From the NCBI GenBank assembly GCA_049515535.1, contig JBEKTZ010000001.1:80599-144598 (forward strand): a stretch of 64,000 nt of DNA, written 5' to 3'. Origin of the DNA: Candidatus Aminicenantales bacterium (lineage in GTDB: Bacteria; Acidobacteriota; Aminicenantia; Aminicenantales; UBA4085). Each line of letters starts with the position of its first letter. Positions within the stretch are counted from its first letter, which is position 1. Below the pieces are notes generated by a model. The model was not told the DNA's origin. It did no database searches and worked only from the letters and a program-made list of their open reading frames with translations. Positions 44,669 through 54,243 of this stretch are shown one piece after another. The position numbers and the translations under genes are program-made.

Positions 44669-46537
44669 GTGAGCGGGCGAAGATCGGCGATCATCTTTCT
44701 TTTCCTGGCGGGCTTTTCAGCCGCCCTGCCGGCGGCCGCCGAGGACGTCTTTCTCCGCGTCGACGGCGGATATCTCGCCTACAGCTACGATCACGGCCAG
44801 ATTTACGGGGAAAAAGTCGTTTTCAAGCTGGAGCCTTACGATATCGCGTGTCAATATCTCAAAATCGATCTCGCCTCCCGCTCTTTCCTGGCTTACGGCG
44901 GCGTTACGGCGACGAGCGGCGACCGGAAACGCGAAGCCGACGAATTCCTTTTCGACCCGGTGAAAAAAACCGGACTCCTCATCAGCTACAAAAGCGCGAT
45001 CGAGGTTCAAACCCTCGATTCCGAGCTCGCCCCGCCCGACGACATCCGTCAGGGCTTTATGGCTAAACGCCGGGCCTTGGCCGAAGTCGATTTGATGAAA
45101 ATCCAGGGCTCCCTGCTCTACGCGACAGCTACGGCTTTCGAGATCACATCCGGGCTCGAGGTCTACGGCTATGACGTGACCCTTTTCGTCGAGGGCATCG
45201 GATCCATCGGTTTCAAAAAATTCAAGCTGTCCGGAGGCGATCAACCCCGGACAAACGGCTTTTCTCTCGATAAAATCTGGTTCACCGAGCAGCAGGGACT
45301 CTTCGGCAAGGTCAGCTACGCCTACGAGCGGGAGAAGAAAATTCAGAGCCGGACCCAGGTTTATTACGAGGAACATTCCATCCTGAAAAATTACGCCGGA
45401 CTTCCCCGCCAGCTCGACCTCCAGACAACGACGACGTTCACGCTCAGCGAGCGAACAAGCCTCGGGCTGGCCGGCGACTATAATTCGACAAGCCTGTGGA
45501 ACGCGAGGTTCTGGCTCGACCGGAAATGGAAAAACGGCCAAAACGATCTTCTTCTAGACCTCACCTATAATAAGCCTCTTCAAGCGGAAGGCGAGACATG
45601 GCTGGGACTGCAGTCGACGTTCAATCTCGACCAATGGGGGCAGGCGTCCTTCCAGGGAAGATATGAAGTCCACGACCAAGTCCTAGCCAATTTTTCGTAC
45701 GCGAAAGAGATCCTGAAAAAGATCAAGTTTCAGCTCTCATCCAGCTATTCCCAGATTCGCATCGGCGGGACCGGAAATTTCTCCAAGATCTTCATGGGCG
45801 ATGTCAATCTTTCCTATAGCGCCGACCTGTTCGCCATCGCCGGGGATTATTACCTCAACTACGACTTGTTCGGAAATCAGCGAATGACGCGGCCGCAACT
45901 GAGACTCGGCTTCGCGCCCGTGACTTTTTACGGCGGGCTCCTGACGGCGACGTTCCAAAATACGGCCATCATCAACAACGTGAGCCGGGATACGGCCGAA
46001 ACGCAAAACATCAGCAACAACGCCGTGCTGAATATCGCCGCAAAGCCCATGTTCTTCCGGCCGGACACGAGCCTTCAGGTCCAATTGGCGCTCGAACAAT
46101 TCCTGGAGAAGGAAGGCCGGAATTTCACGTCGGGGGGCATGATCCTCAAAGCCGTTCATTCCTTCGGCGCCGGCCTGACGATCGAGGGCTTCTATAGCCT
46201 GCAGTCGCGGCGAAAAACCAAAGGGTGGCTGATCGAAGGGACAACAAGCCAGGACCTGAGCGGCGTGCTGAGGTTCAGTCCATCCGAACGGCTCAGCGGC
46301 TGGGTTTCCCTCTCCTATGACCCGAAGGCCGGCGAATGGAAACAGTCCTTCGCCGACATCTCGATCGGGCTCCTCAAAAACTGGAAATTCCAGTCGCTTC
46401 TCAACTATGACTTCTACCGGAAAACGATCAATAACATCGACCTTTATTTGATTCGAAAGGCCGGCCGCCTCGATCTTCGCTTCATCTGGCGGAGCATCTC
46501 GAAACAGTTCCTGGTCGAGCTCATTCCCTCGCTCTGA
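44669..46537 (+). CDS. hypothetical outer-membrane beta-barrel-like protein
   Basis: Signal peptide. Alternating beta-strand pattern with aromatic-rich C-terminal strands. 622 aa. Confidence 0.45.
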   Translation: MSGRRSAIIFLFLAGFSAALPAAAEDVFLRVDGGYLAYSYDHGQIYGEKVVFKLEPYDIACQYLKIDLASRSFLAYGGVTATSGDRKREADEFLFDPVKKTGLLISYKSAIEVQTLDSELAPPDDIRQGFMAKRRALAEVDLMKIQGSLLYATATAFEITSGLEVYGYDVTLFVEGIGSIGFKKFKLSGGDQPRTNGFSLDKIWFTEQQGLFGKVSYAYEREKKIQSRTQVYYEEHSILKNYAGLPRQLDLQTTTTFTLSERTSLGLAGDYNSTSLWNARFWLDRKWKNGQNDLLLDLTYNKPLQAEGETWLGLQSTFNLDQWGQASFQGRYEVHDQVLANFSYAKEILKKIKFQLSSSYSQIRIGGTGNFSKIFMGDVNLSYSADLFAIAGDYYLNYDLFGNQRMTRPQLRLGFAPVTFYGGLLTATFQNTAIINNVSRDTAETQNISNNAVLNIAAKPMFFRPDTSLQVQLALEQFLEKEGRNFTSGGMILKAVHSFGAGLTIEGFYSLQSRRKTKGWLIEGTTSQDLSGVLRFSPSERLSGWVSLSYDPKAGEWKQSFADISIGLLKNWKFQSLLNYDFYRKTINNIDLYLIRKAGRLDLRFIWRSISKQFLVELIPSL

Positions 46538-46639
46538 AGGATTTTCCCATCGCCCCTTCTCCCTGGGCTGAAGGAGCCTCGAAGGGAATGAAATTTTTCC
46601 CGGCCGTGATGGATAAGGGAAGCGTTGGACCGGCCGCTC

Positions 46640-48196
46640 TTATATCTTCAAGAAGCGATTCACGTAGGCCCGGACTTCGTGGGCTCCCAGAAGGCGGCAG
46701 AACCCATAAAAAATGGCCAGCCCGGCTCCTCCGCAGAAGATCACGCCGGCGAGTTTGACGAAGAACGCATTCCCGGCCGCCGACCGCAGGACGAGAAACA
46801 GGCCGCTCGCGGCGCCGCCGCCAAGGACCGCGGCCAAGGTCAGCCGCCCCGCGTATTTCAGCAGCGGACCGAGATCAAAGGCGCCGATCTTTTTCGGCAG
46901 AAGGAGAAAAAGAATCGTGATATTGGCCACGGCGGCGATCGAGGCCGACAGGGGAAAAGCGAGGTAGCCCAAGACGTTCATCAGCGAAAGGTTGAGCACG
47001 AGATTGATGCCGACCGAGGTGAAGCTGGCCAGCATGGGCGAGCGGGCGTCCCGCGATGCGTAGAAAACGCCGGCCACATTCCGGAGAATGGAGACGAAGG
47101 GAACGCCGAGCATGTAGAGGACAAGGATCGAGGCCGTCGCCGCGGTGTCCGACGCTTGGAATCGGCCGTGCTCGTAAATAAGGCTGGTGATGGGGCGGGA
47201 AAGAAAGGCGATGAGGGCCGACGTGGGGATGGTCAGGAAAAGAACCATCCGGAGCGAATCGGCGAGGGTCTGCCGGATCTTGTCGTGCGCGCCGTCCGCG
47301 ACCAGGCGGGAGAACGTAGGGAGGGCCACGGTGCCGACCGCGATCCCGAACATGCCCAGGGGCAAGTGCATGATCCGGAAGGCATAATTCAGCCAGGAGA
47401 TGCTGCCTTCCTTGAGGAGCGAAACGAGCTGGGTGTTGACGAAGACGTTGATCCGCTCGCCGGAAAGGCCGATGACGACGGGAACGAATAGGACCATGAC
47501 CCTGCGGAACTCAGGATCCTTGAAACTCAGATGGAGCTTGTAGCGGAAACCTTTTTTGTAAAGGAGGGGGAGTTGAATCGCCAGCTGCATCAAGCCACCG
47601 ACCGTGACGCCGAGGGCCATGCCGAAAATGGGGTTGATCCCCTTTTTGACGAGAAAGGCGAACAGGGCGAGAGGCGTGAGGATCGAAAAAATATTGAAAA
47701 AGGAAGGGGCCAGAGAGGGGACAAAAAAAGCGCTCTCGGTGTTGAGGTAGCTCATCGCCCAGGCCGCGAGGGCGATGAACAGCAGGAACGGGAAGAGAAT
47801 CGCGGTGAGCTGTCCGGTCAAGGCGATCTTGCCTGGGATCTTGCCGAATCCGAAGGCGGCGACCTTGACGATCCCGGAGGAAAAGACGATGCCGAGGATG
47901 GCCACGGCCCCGACGACGACCAGGAGCGTGTTCAGGATGTTGGAGGCGAAGAGATTTTCGGCGTCCTTCCCCTTTTTCTGCTGGGTCGTGAGAACCGGGA
48001 CAAAGGCCGCGGAGAGGGCGTTTTCAGCGAAGAGATCGCGGAGAAGGTTGGGGATGCGGAAAGCGGCATTGAAGGCGTCGGTCGAGGTGCCGACGCCGAA
48101 AAGATGGGCAAACACGGATTCGCGGACGAGGCCCATGACCCGGCTGATGGCCGTGCCGATAGTGAACGAACGGACGCCTTTCGCGATATCGGCCAT
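46640..48196 (-). CDS. murJ: lipid II flippase MurJ (MviN family)
   Basis: N-terminus MADIAKGVRSFTIGTAISRVMGLVRE...FGVG..DAF is canonical MurJ. 519 aa multi-TM. The 703-aa track ORF is an in-frame 5' extension that was rejected. Confidence 0.85.
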   Translation of the reverse strand: MADIAKGVRSFTIGTAISRVMGLVRESVFAHLFGVGTSTDAFNAAFRIPNLLRDLFAENALSAAFVPVLTTQQKKGKDAENLFASNILNTLLVVVGAVAILGIVFSSGIVKVAAFGFGKIPGKIALTGQLTAILFPFLLFIALAAWAMSYLNTESAFFVPSLAPSFFNIFSILTPLALFAFLVKKGINPIFGMALGVTVGGLMQLAIQLPLLYKKGFRYKLHLSFKDPEFRRVMVLFVPVVIGLSGERINVFVNTQLVSLLKEGSISWLNYAFRIMHLPLGMFGIAVGTVALPTFSRLVADGAHDKIRQTLADSLRMVLFLTIPTSALIAFLSRPITSLIYEHGRFQASDTAATASILVLYMLGVPFVSILRNVAGVFYASRDARSPMLASFTSVGINLVLNLSLMNVLGYLAFPLSASIAAVANITILFLLLPKKIGAFDLGPLLKYAGRLTLAAVLGGGAASGLFLVLRSAAGNAFFVKLAGVIFCGGAGLAIFYGFCRLLGAHEVRAYVNRFLKI

Positions 48197-48307
48197 GGCT
48201 GCTGTCTCTCGAACTGGCTTATAGCATAGCCCCCCCGTGAAGTCAAAAAGCCCCTGGACTTTGCCCGGAAATTGATTCAAAATGCCGCCATCGAAAGAGG
48301 TGAGGCC

Positions 48308-49060
48308 ATGGACGGAACTTTGAAAATCCGGCTGCGCGAAGGCGGACTCCTGATCGGAACGCTGATCTCGCTGCCCAATCCCGAAGCGGCGGAGATCTGC
48401 GCCGAGGCCGGCTTCGACTGGCTCTTTTTGGACTGGGAGCACGGGCTCTTGGACGTCAAGAGCCTGCAGGCGATCCTCCAGGCCGTCGGGGGGAAATGCC
48501 CCTGCGTCATCCGCGTCCCGGAAAACGAGGCGATCTGGATCCAGAAAGCGCTGGACTCGGGGGCGGACGGCGTGATCATCCCTCACGTCAACAACGCGGG
48601 GGACGCGCAGAAGGCGGCGCGGTCGGCCAAGTATCCCCCCGAGGGCGTCCGCAGCATCGGCGTCGCGCGCGCCCAGGGCTACGGTCCGAACATCCGCGGA
48701 TCGGTCGAGCGCGACAATCAGCGGACCGTCCTCATTGTCCAAGCCGAACACATCGAGGCCGTCCGCGAAATCGATAAGATCCTGGACGTTCCGGGCGTCG
48801 ATGCCGTTTTCATCGGGCCGTTCGACCTTTCAGCCAGCATGAACAAGCCGGGCCTCATATCGGACGACGACGTCGTGACGGCCATCGGCCGCGTCCGGAA
48901 AGCGGGCCAAGAAAAAGGCATCCCCGTCGGCATTTTCGCCCCGGACGTCCGGGCGGCTAAAAAAGCCGCGGAGGAGGGTTTTGCGCTGATCTGCGTCGGC
49001 ACGGACGCGATGACGCTGGCGACCGCGATGCGCGGCATCGTCCAGGATCTGAAGTCCTAG
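48308..49060 (+). CDS. HpcH/HpaI-family aldolase (2-keto-3-deoxy-sugar acid aldolase-like)
   Basis: LIGTLISLPNPEAAEICAEAGFDWLFLDWEHG matches the HpcH/HpaI N-terminal signature. AAGAGGTGA RBS before ATG 48308. Confidence 0.8.
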   Translation: MDGTLKIRLREGGLLIGTLISLPNPEAAEICAEAGFDWLFLDWEHGLLDVKSLQAILQAVGGKCPCVIRVPENEAIWIQKALDSGADGVIIPHVNNAGDAQKAARSAKYPPEGVRSIGVARAQGYGPNIRGSVERDNQRTVLIVQAEHIEAVREIDKILDVPGVDAVFIGPFDLSASMNKPGLISDDDVVTAIGRVRKAGQEKGIPVGIFAPDVRAAKKAAEEGFALICVGTDAMTLATAMRGIVQDLKS

Positions 49061-49250
49061 TATCCCGTCTCTCAATTTCCTTATCAAATATCTCCATGAG
49101 ACGGGATACTTCCAGGGGGGAGTCAAGCTCCCCCCTCGGCGCTTCGCTGACCCCCTGAGGGGGAACCAATCCATTCCCCCTCAAACTCCCCCGGATGTTG
49201 TGCGTCCCCCTCGTCTGCTATTTAACCAAGGAACTTACGAGACGCACAAC
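49060..49250. terminator. cluster of GC hairpins between convergent aldolase and GH38 genes (TATCCCGTCTC...GAGACGGGATA; GGGGGGAGtcaagCTCCCCCC; CCCCCtgaGGGGG; GTTGTGCGTC...GACGCACAAC)
   Basis: Read directly from the sequence. Bidirectional termination region. Confidence 0.35.
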
Positions 49251-51922
49251 TAGGCGCTTTTTGTTTTCGCCGGATAAAGCTTCAACGTCTCGATGGCGTT
49301 GGACCCGACGTTCCAGAGAAGAACGGTCCTCCGCGAGGGAATCGTCTTTCCCTCGTCCTCGATCATGTTGACCCGCTCGGCCTTTTCAACGGGAAAAAAG
49401 AATTCCAACTGAGCGCCGCTCCCCTTCCCTTCGATATCATAGCCGCGCACGATTACCGCCTCGTCGTCTTCGCTTTTCTTGATCGTGCTGATGAGGACGT
49501 TCGGCGCGGAAACCGAGAAAAAGCTTTTCGATTCGGGCAGGGCGGCTCCCGTCTCTCGCACCGGTTGGAGGATCGTGAACAGCGGACCGTTGACTTGGAT
49601 GGCGGAGCGATAGCCGTTCCGCCATCCGGGCGCGTGCGAGACGACGGAAAACCGATAATGATGATCTCCTTCCTGGAGATACCAGTTCCCTTCCGCGTGG
49701 CAGCTCCGGCGGGAAGCGAGGAGCACGGCCTGGAGGACCGGGGAGCTCGCCGGATCGCTCGTCGGATCCTGGAAATCGTTGACCGCGACGCTCGTGCTCA
49801 TCGTCAGCCCGAGGCGGGCGTCGCTCACGCTCATGAAATTCTGGACTTCGCGCGGCCGGATCTGCGACAGGGGCTCGTCATAAACCAGGCTGCCGTAGGC
49901 AGGCCCTCCCGTTCCGGCGGCCTCGTCCTTCCCGACTTCGACAACACCCATGGGCACTTCGTAAGCGACATGTCCTCCGGTCGCGGCCGCCGGCAGGGCC
50001 AATCGGTATTCACGGTACGGCGATCCGTCCCAGCCGAGCAGATCGATCTCGCAATCGATACGCTTGATGGCATGATAGAGGATGAGTTTTTCCCTGACGG
50101 TGCAATCCGGAAGCGGTTGCGTCATGCTGAACACGGTCTTGAGCGGGCCGGATTCCCCGGCTTCGAATGTCCAGGGCGTGCCGTGCGCGCTGAGCTTGTC
50201 AAACCCTTCCATGGTCGGCTGCTGGACGCGGCCGAACTCGCCGGCTCCGCTGCCGACGGACTGCATCGTGAAGATCTCGAAGCCCAGGAATTTTCGCGTG
50301 TTCAGGATCTCGAGCCCGAGCTCCTTGTCGAAAATGCTCTTGACTCCGCCCGGCGCGAGTTCGATCCTATAAAAGGAATTTTCAAGAGTTCCTCCAGAAC
50401 GCGCGCCCTGCGGCCGGACCGGGCCGAGATTGAGGTGTTCGGTCAAGTAGAACGTCTTGTAGCCGATGGGAGGGACATCCTCCGCGATGAATTCATAGCG
50501 GATTTCGTCCGGGGATTGATCGGGCAGCGGGGGCAGCATCTGGCAGGGGACGACTTTGCCCCGCGCATCCTGCACGGTCAAAGGGGCCGGGCCTCTCTTG
50601 ATCGTGACCATCACGGGATCGCTGCGCGTCCATGAGAGGGCGTTAAAAACGATGACCGGCTTGCCTTTGGCCGGGTCCGTCCCGACGCGCGCGGCGATCG
50701 CCCGGAGGGCGCCCATCAGCATCTCCCGGCCTTTGTCCCGGGCGAACTCATATTTCTTGCGGAAGAGCCGGTCCGTGATTTGGCCTTCTTTCCCGCCCCA
50801 GCCGTGGTCCGGATAAATCGCGGCCTGCCAGGCCTCTTCCATGGATTTCACGGGATAGTCCTTGAAGCCGCCGGCGAGCAGGGCGTTGACCGTTTGGAAT
50901 TTCTCGGCCGCGGGGAGGAGAAATCCGGCTTCCCGCTGCGCGGAGATCGCCTCATGATGCGTCGGGCCGTGGATATAAAGCCAAAGGTTCGGCCGCTCGC
51001 CCATGACCCGGTCGAACGACGATTGAGCCCCGTCGAGCGCCCTGAAGAAATCGGCGGTCGAGGAATACTGCATCTTAGGCCCGGGGACGCCGGCGGCCGT
51101 TCGATGCGAGTCGTTCCACAGACCGATGAGCGGGCCGTAATCCGTGGGTTTCGAGAAATCCTCGGAATGAAGAAGCGGGAATTCCGGGGGAAGGCCGCGT
51201 TGCCGGTAATAAGGCGTCCAGGCGGCCAGTTTTTCGGCGATGGCTTTGACCCCCTGCTCCGGCTTGGCGTTCAAGAGCGCGGAGGTGTTGCTGTAATGGC
51301 CGGGCGAATAAGCCAGCACCTTCGATCCGTCCGGGCTGGCCCAGTCGTAAAATCCCTCGTGATAGCGGCTGATGACCATGTACGGAACGCCGGACTTGCT
51401 CAGGATCTGCTGCATCTGGAGGGCGCGGCCGGGCACGTCGGGATTGAAATAGACCACGGCATCGCAGCCGGGGAGATTCTTCCTGATCCAGCGCCGGCCG
51501 AAGTAGACTTCGCGGACGAGTTGCTCGCCCGAGAGGAGGGATTCATACGGCTGGTTGAACGTCGCTCCCCATTCCAACCGCCCCTCCTTTGTATAGCGTT
51601 GGATGTCCGCTTTCCTGTCCGGATGGCGCTCGAGATATTCCATCAGGTTGAGCATGTTCTCCATGACGAAGCAGTAATCGGGATTCCTGGCCATCATTTC
51701 GAGGGCCGGAGTGATGCAGTGTTCGTCGCGATAAACAATGCATTTCTGCGGGCTGTCCATCCAAGCGATGTCCTGATGGCTCGAGGACAGAAGGCGGAGC
51801 CGCCCGCCGTTTTTGAAATCGGATTCGCCCCCGGTGACTTTTTGCGGTTGTTCCTTGCCCATGGTGAATGATGCTCCCCATAAGATTCCGATAAGGAGAA
51901 AAACGCCGATCGTTGTCTTCAT
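49250..51922 (-). CDS. glycoside hydrolase family 38 alpha-mannosidase, secreted
   Basis: Signal peptide. GH38 N-terminal metal-site motif SSSHQDIAW (HxD). 890 aa. Confidence 0.85.
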   Translation of the reverse strand: MKTTIGVFLLIGILWGASFTMGKEQPQKVTGGESDFKNGGRLRLLSSSHQDIAWMDSPQKCIVYRDEHCITPALEMMARNPDYCFVMENMLNLMEYLERHPDRKADIQRYTKEGRLEWGATFNQPYESLLSGEQLVREVYFGRRWIRKNLPGCDAVVYFNPDVPGRALQMQQILSKSGVPYMVISRYHEGFYDWASPDGSKVLAYSPGHYSNTSALLNAKPEQGVKAIAEKLAAWTPYYRQRGLPPEFPLLHSEDFSKPTDYGPLIGLWNDSHRTAAGVPGPKMQYSSTADFFRALDGAQSSFDRVMGERPNLWLYIHGPTHHEAISAQREAGFLLPAAEKFQTVNALLAGGFKDYPVKSMEEAWQAAIYPDHGWGGKEGQITDRLFRKKYEFARDKGREMLMGALRAIAARVGTDPAKGKPVIVFNALSWTRSDPVMVTIKRGPAPLTVQDARGKVVPCQMLPPLPDQSPDEIRYEFIAEDVPPIGYKTFYLTEHLNLGPVRPQGARSGGTLENSFYRIELAPGGVKSIFDKELGLEILNTRKFLGFEIFTMQSVGSGAGEFGRVQQPTMEGFDKLSAHGTPWTFEAGESGPLKTVFSMTQPLPDCTVREKLILYHAIKRIDCEIDLLGWDGSPYREYRLALPAAATGGHVAYEVPMGVVEVGKDEAAGTGGPAYGSLVYDEPLSQIRPREVQNFMSVSDARLGLTMSTSVAVNDFQDPTSDPASSPVLQAVLLASRRSCHAEGNWYLQEGDHHYRFSVVSHAPGWRNGYRSAIQVNGPLFTILQPVRETGAALPESKSFFSVSAPNVLISTIKKSEDDEAVIVRGYDIEGKGSGAQLEFFFPVEKAERVNMIEDEGKTIPSRRTVLLWNVGSNAIETLKLYPAKTKSA

Positions 51923-52119
51923 CCCGCCCCCGTTTTTTTTATTTCTCTAGGATCGAAGGACGGCGGATAAAACGATTACAGCGATGACAAAGGCCGGGCC
52001 GTCGCGATGCGTCTTCAATTTTTTTGGGTCCGCGATATCCATAACACAAGAATTTCCGCGTGTCAAAAAACGGCTTGTAAATCCAAACCGATTCGGTATG
52101 ATGACAAAGAACCCGGATC

Positions 52120-53394
52120 ATGACTCGACCCCCTTCGGACCTCCAGGAGAAAACGGGTCATTTTCGTTGGACGGTCTGCGCCCTTCTTTTCGCCGGCACG
52201 ACGATCAACTATATCGACCGCCAGGTCCTGGGGGTTCTCGCCCCCCACCTCCAAAAAACGCTGGGATGGACCGAAATCCAGTACAGCGACATCGTCACGG
52301 CCTTCCAGACGGCCTATATGTTGGGACTCGTCGTTTTCGGATTTTTGATCGACCGGTACGGGACAAAAATCAGCTATGCGGCTTCGCTCACTATTTGGAG
52401 CCTTGCCGCGGTGGCTCACGCGGCCGTGCGCAGCGTTTTCGGTTTCGGGGCGGCTCGTTTCGCTCTCGGGCTGGGCGAATCGGGAAATTTTCCCTCGGCC
52501 ATCAAAGCCGTCGCCGAGTGGTTTCCGCGCAAGGAGCGGGCCTTGGCCACGGGCCTGTTCAACGCCGGCTGTAACCTCGGCGTGGTCATCTCCCTGGCCG
52601 TCGTGCCCTGGCTCACGAACAGGTTCGGTTGGCCTTCCGCGTTCATCGCCACCGGAACGATCGGCTTCTTGTGGCTCATCTTCTGGCTCGCGCTCTACGA
52701 GATCCCGGAAAGGAAGAAAAATCTGAGCCGCGCCGAGCGGGCGCTGATCCACAGCGACCCCCCTGAGCCCGCTTCGGAAAAGATCCCCTGGCTCCGGCTG
52801 CTCAAGCACCGGCAGACCTGGGCGATCGTCCTCGGCAAATTCCTGACCGATCCGATCTGGTGGTTTTATCTCTACTGGCTGCCGAAATTTCTCAACGCGA
52901 AATTCGGGTTGACCCTGACGGAACTGGGTCTTCCTCTCATCATCGTCTATGTCATTTCGGACGCGGGCAGCGTCGGCGGCGGATGGATGTCGTCCGCTCT
53001 CATCAAAATCGGCTGGACGGTGAACCGGAGCCGCAAACTCGTGATGTTCATCTGCGCCCTGTGTGTCGTCCCCATCGTCACGGCGTCGAACGCCTCGAAG
53101 CTGGGGACGGCGGTCCTCCTCATCGGACTCGCCGCGGCGGCCCACCAGGCCTGGTCGGCGAATATCATGACCTTCGCCTCGGACATGTTCCCCAAAAAGG
53201 CGGTCGGGTCCGTGACGGGATTGGGCGGCATGGCCGGGGCCGCCGGCGGGCTGCTGTTTTCCAAATCGGCCGGCTATGTTTTGCATTGGACGGGCAGCTA
53301 TTATGCCCTGTTCATCGTCGCGGCGTCGGCCTATCTGCTGGCGCTTGGGATCATCCAGCTGCTCGCCCCGCGGATGAAGCCGGCGGAATTTTAA
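52120..53394 (+). CDS. MFS transporter (hexuronate/anion:cation symporter ACS-like)
   Basis: 12-TM profile. N-terminal TINYIDRQVLGVLAP and D-R-x-G-x-K-like loop (FGFLIDRYGTK). Confidence 0.85.
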   Translation: MTRPPSDLQEKTGHFRWTVCALLFAGTTINYIDRQVLGVLAPHLQKTLGWTEIQYSDIVTAFQTAYMLGLVVFGFLIDRYGTKISYAASLTIWSLAAVAHAAVRSVFGFGAARFALGLGESGNFPSAIKAVAEWFPRKERALATGLFNAGCNLGVVISLAVVPWLTNRFGWPSAFIATGTIGFLWLIFWLALYEIPERKKNLSRAERALIHSDPPEPASEKIPWLRLLKHRQTWAIVLGKFLTDPIWWFYLYWLPKFLNAKFGLTLTELGLPLIIVYVISDAGSVGGGWMSSALIKIGWTVNRSRKLVMFICALCVVPIVTASNASKLGTAVLLIGLAAAAHQAWSANIMTFASDMFPKKAVGSVTGLGGMAGAAGGLLFSKSAGYVLHWTGSYYALFIVAASAYLLALGIIQLLAPRMKPAEF

Positions 53395-53409
53395 TGGTAT
53401 AATGCGCCC

Positions 53410-54195
53410 ATGGAGATCATCATCCGGCCGGACAGCCAACAGGCCAGCCTCCTGGCCGCCGAGATCACGGCGCGCCTGGTCCGGGAAAAACCGCACGCCG
53501 TCATCGGATTCGCCACGGGACAATCGCCGCTCCAGCTTTATCGGTTCCTTATCCAGATGCGCCGGGAGGAGGAGCTGGATTTCAGCCAGGTGACGACGTT
53601 CAATCTGGATGAATACGTCGGCCTCGACCCCTCCCACCCGGAATCCTATCACCACTACATGTGGAAGAACCTCTTCGGCTCCATCAATATCCCGAAAGAC
53701 CGCGTGAACATCCCTGACGGGCAGGCGAGCGACATTCCCGCCGGCTGCCGCGCGTACGAAGAACAGATTCACGCGGCCGGCGGCATCGATATCCAGATTC
53801 TGGGGCTCGGCACGGACGGCCACGTCGGCTTCAACGAGCCCACGTCCTCGCTTGCTTCCCGAACCCGCATCAAGACTCTCACCGCGCGGACGCGCAAAGA
53901 CAACGCCCGCTTTTTCGGCGGCGAAGACAAAGTCCCCCATCACGTCATCACCATGGGGCTGGGGACGATCATGGCCTGCCGGATGTGCCTCCTGCTCGCT
54001 TTCGGGAAAAGCAAGGCCCACGCGGTCGCCCAGGCCGTCGAGGGGCCGCTGACGGCCATGGTGCCGGCCTCCATCCTCCAGATGCATCCGCGGGCGATCT
54101 TCCTCCTCGACGAGGACGCCGCGTCCGAACTCCAACGGGCGGAATATTACAAATGGGTCTACGATAACAAGCCGGATTGGCAGAAGTACGGATGA
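53410..54195 (+). CDS. nagB: glucosamine-6-phosphate deaminase
   Basis: IGFATGQSP, FNLDEYVGL and LGLGTDGHVGFNEP are canonical NagB motifs. Confidence 0.9.
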   Translation: MEIIIRPDSQQASLLAAEITARLVREKPHAVIGFATGQSPLQLYRFLIQMRREEELDFSQVTTFNLDEYVGLDPSHPESYHHYMWKNLFGSINIPKDRVNIPDGQASDIPAGCRAYEEQIHAAGGIDIQILGLGTDGHVGFNEPTSSLASRTRIKTLTARTRKDNARFFGGEDKVPHHVITMGLGTIMACRMCLLLAFGKSKAHAVAQAVEGPLTAMVPASILQMHPRAIFLLDEDAASELQRAEYYKWVYDNKPDWQKYG

Positions 54196-54243
54196 CTCTT
54201 TCGGTTATCCGGCCCCCGGATCAATCCGCCCTGCGCTACTCCG

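Noticed and set aside
48197-48751. N-terminal 185-aa extension of MurJ (track ORF 46640..48751)
   Set aside because: The extension is low-complexity and overlaps the aldolase gene region. The canonical MurJ N-terminus (MADIAKGVRSF...) begins at 48196.
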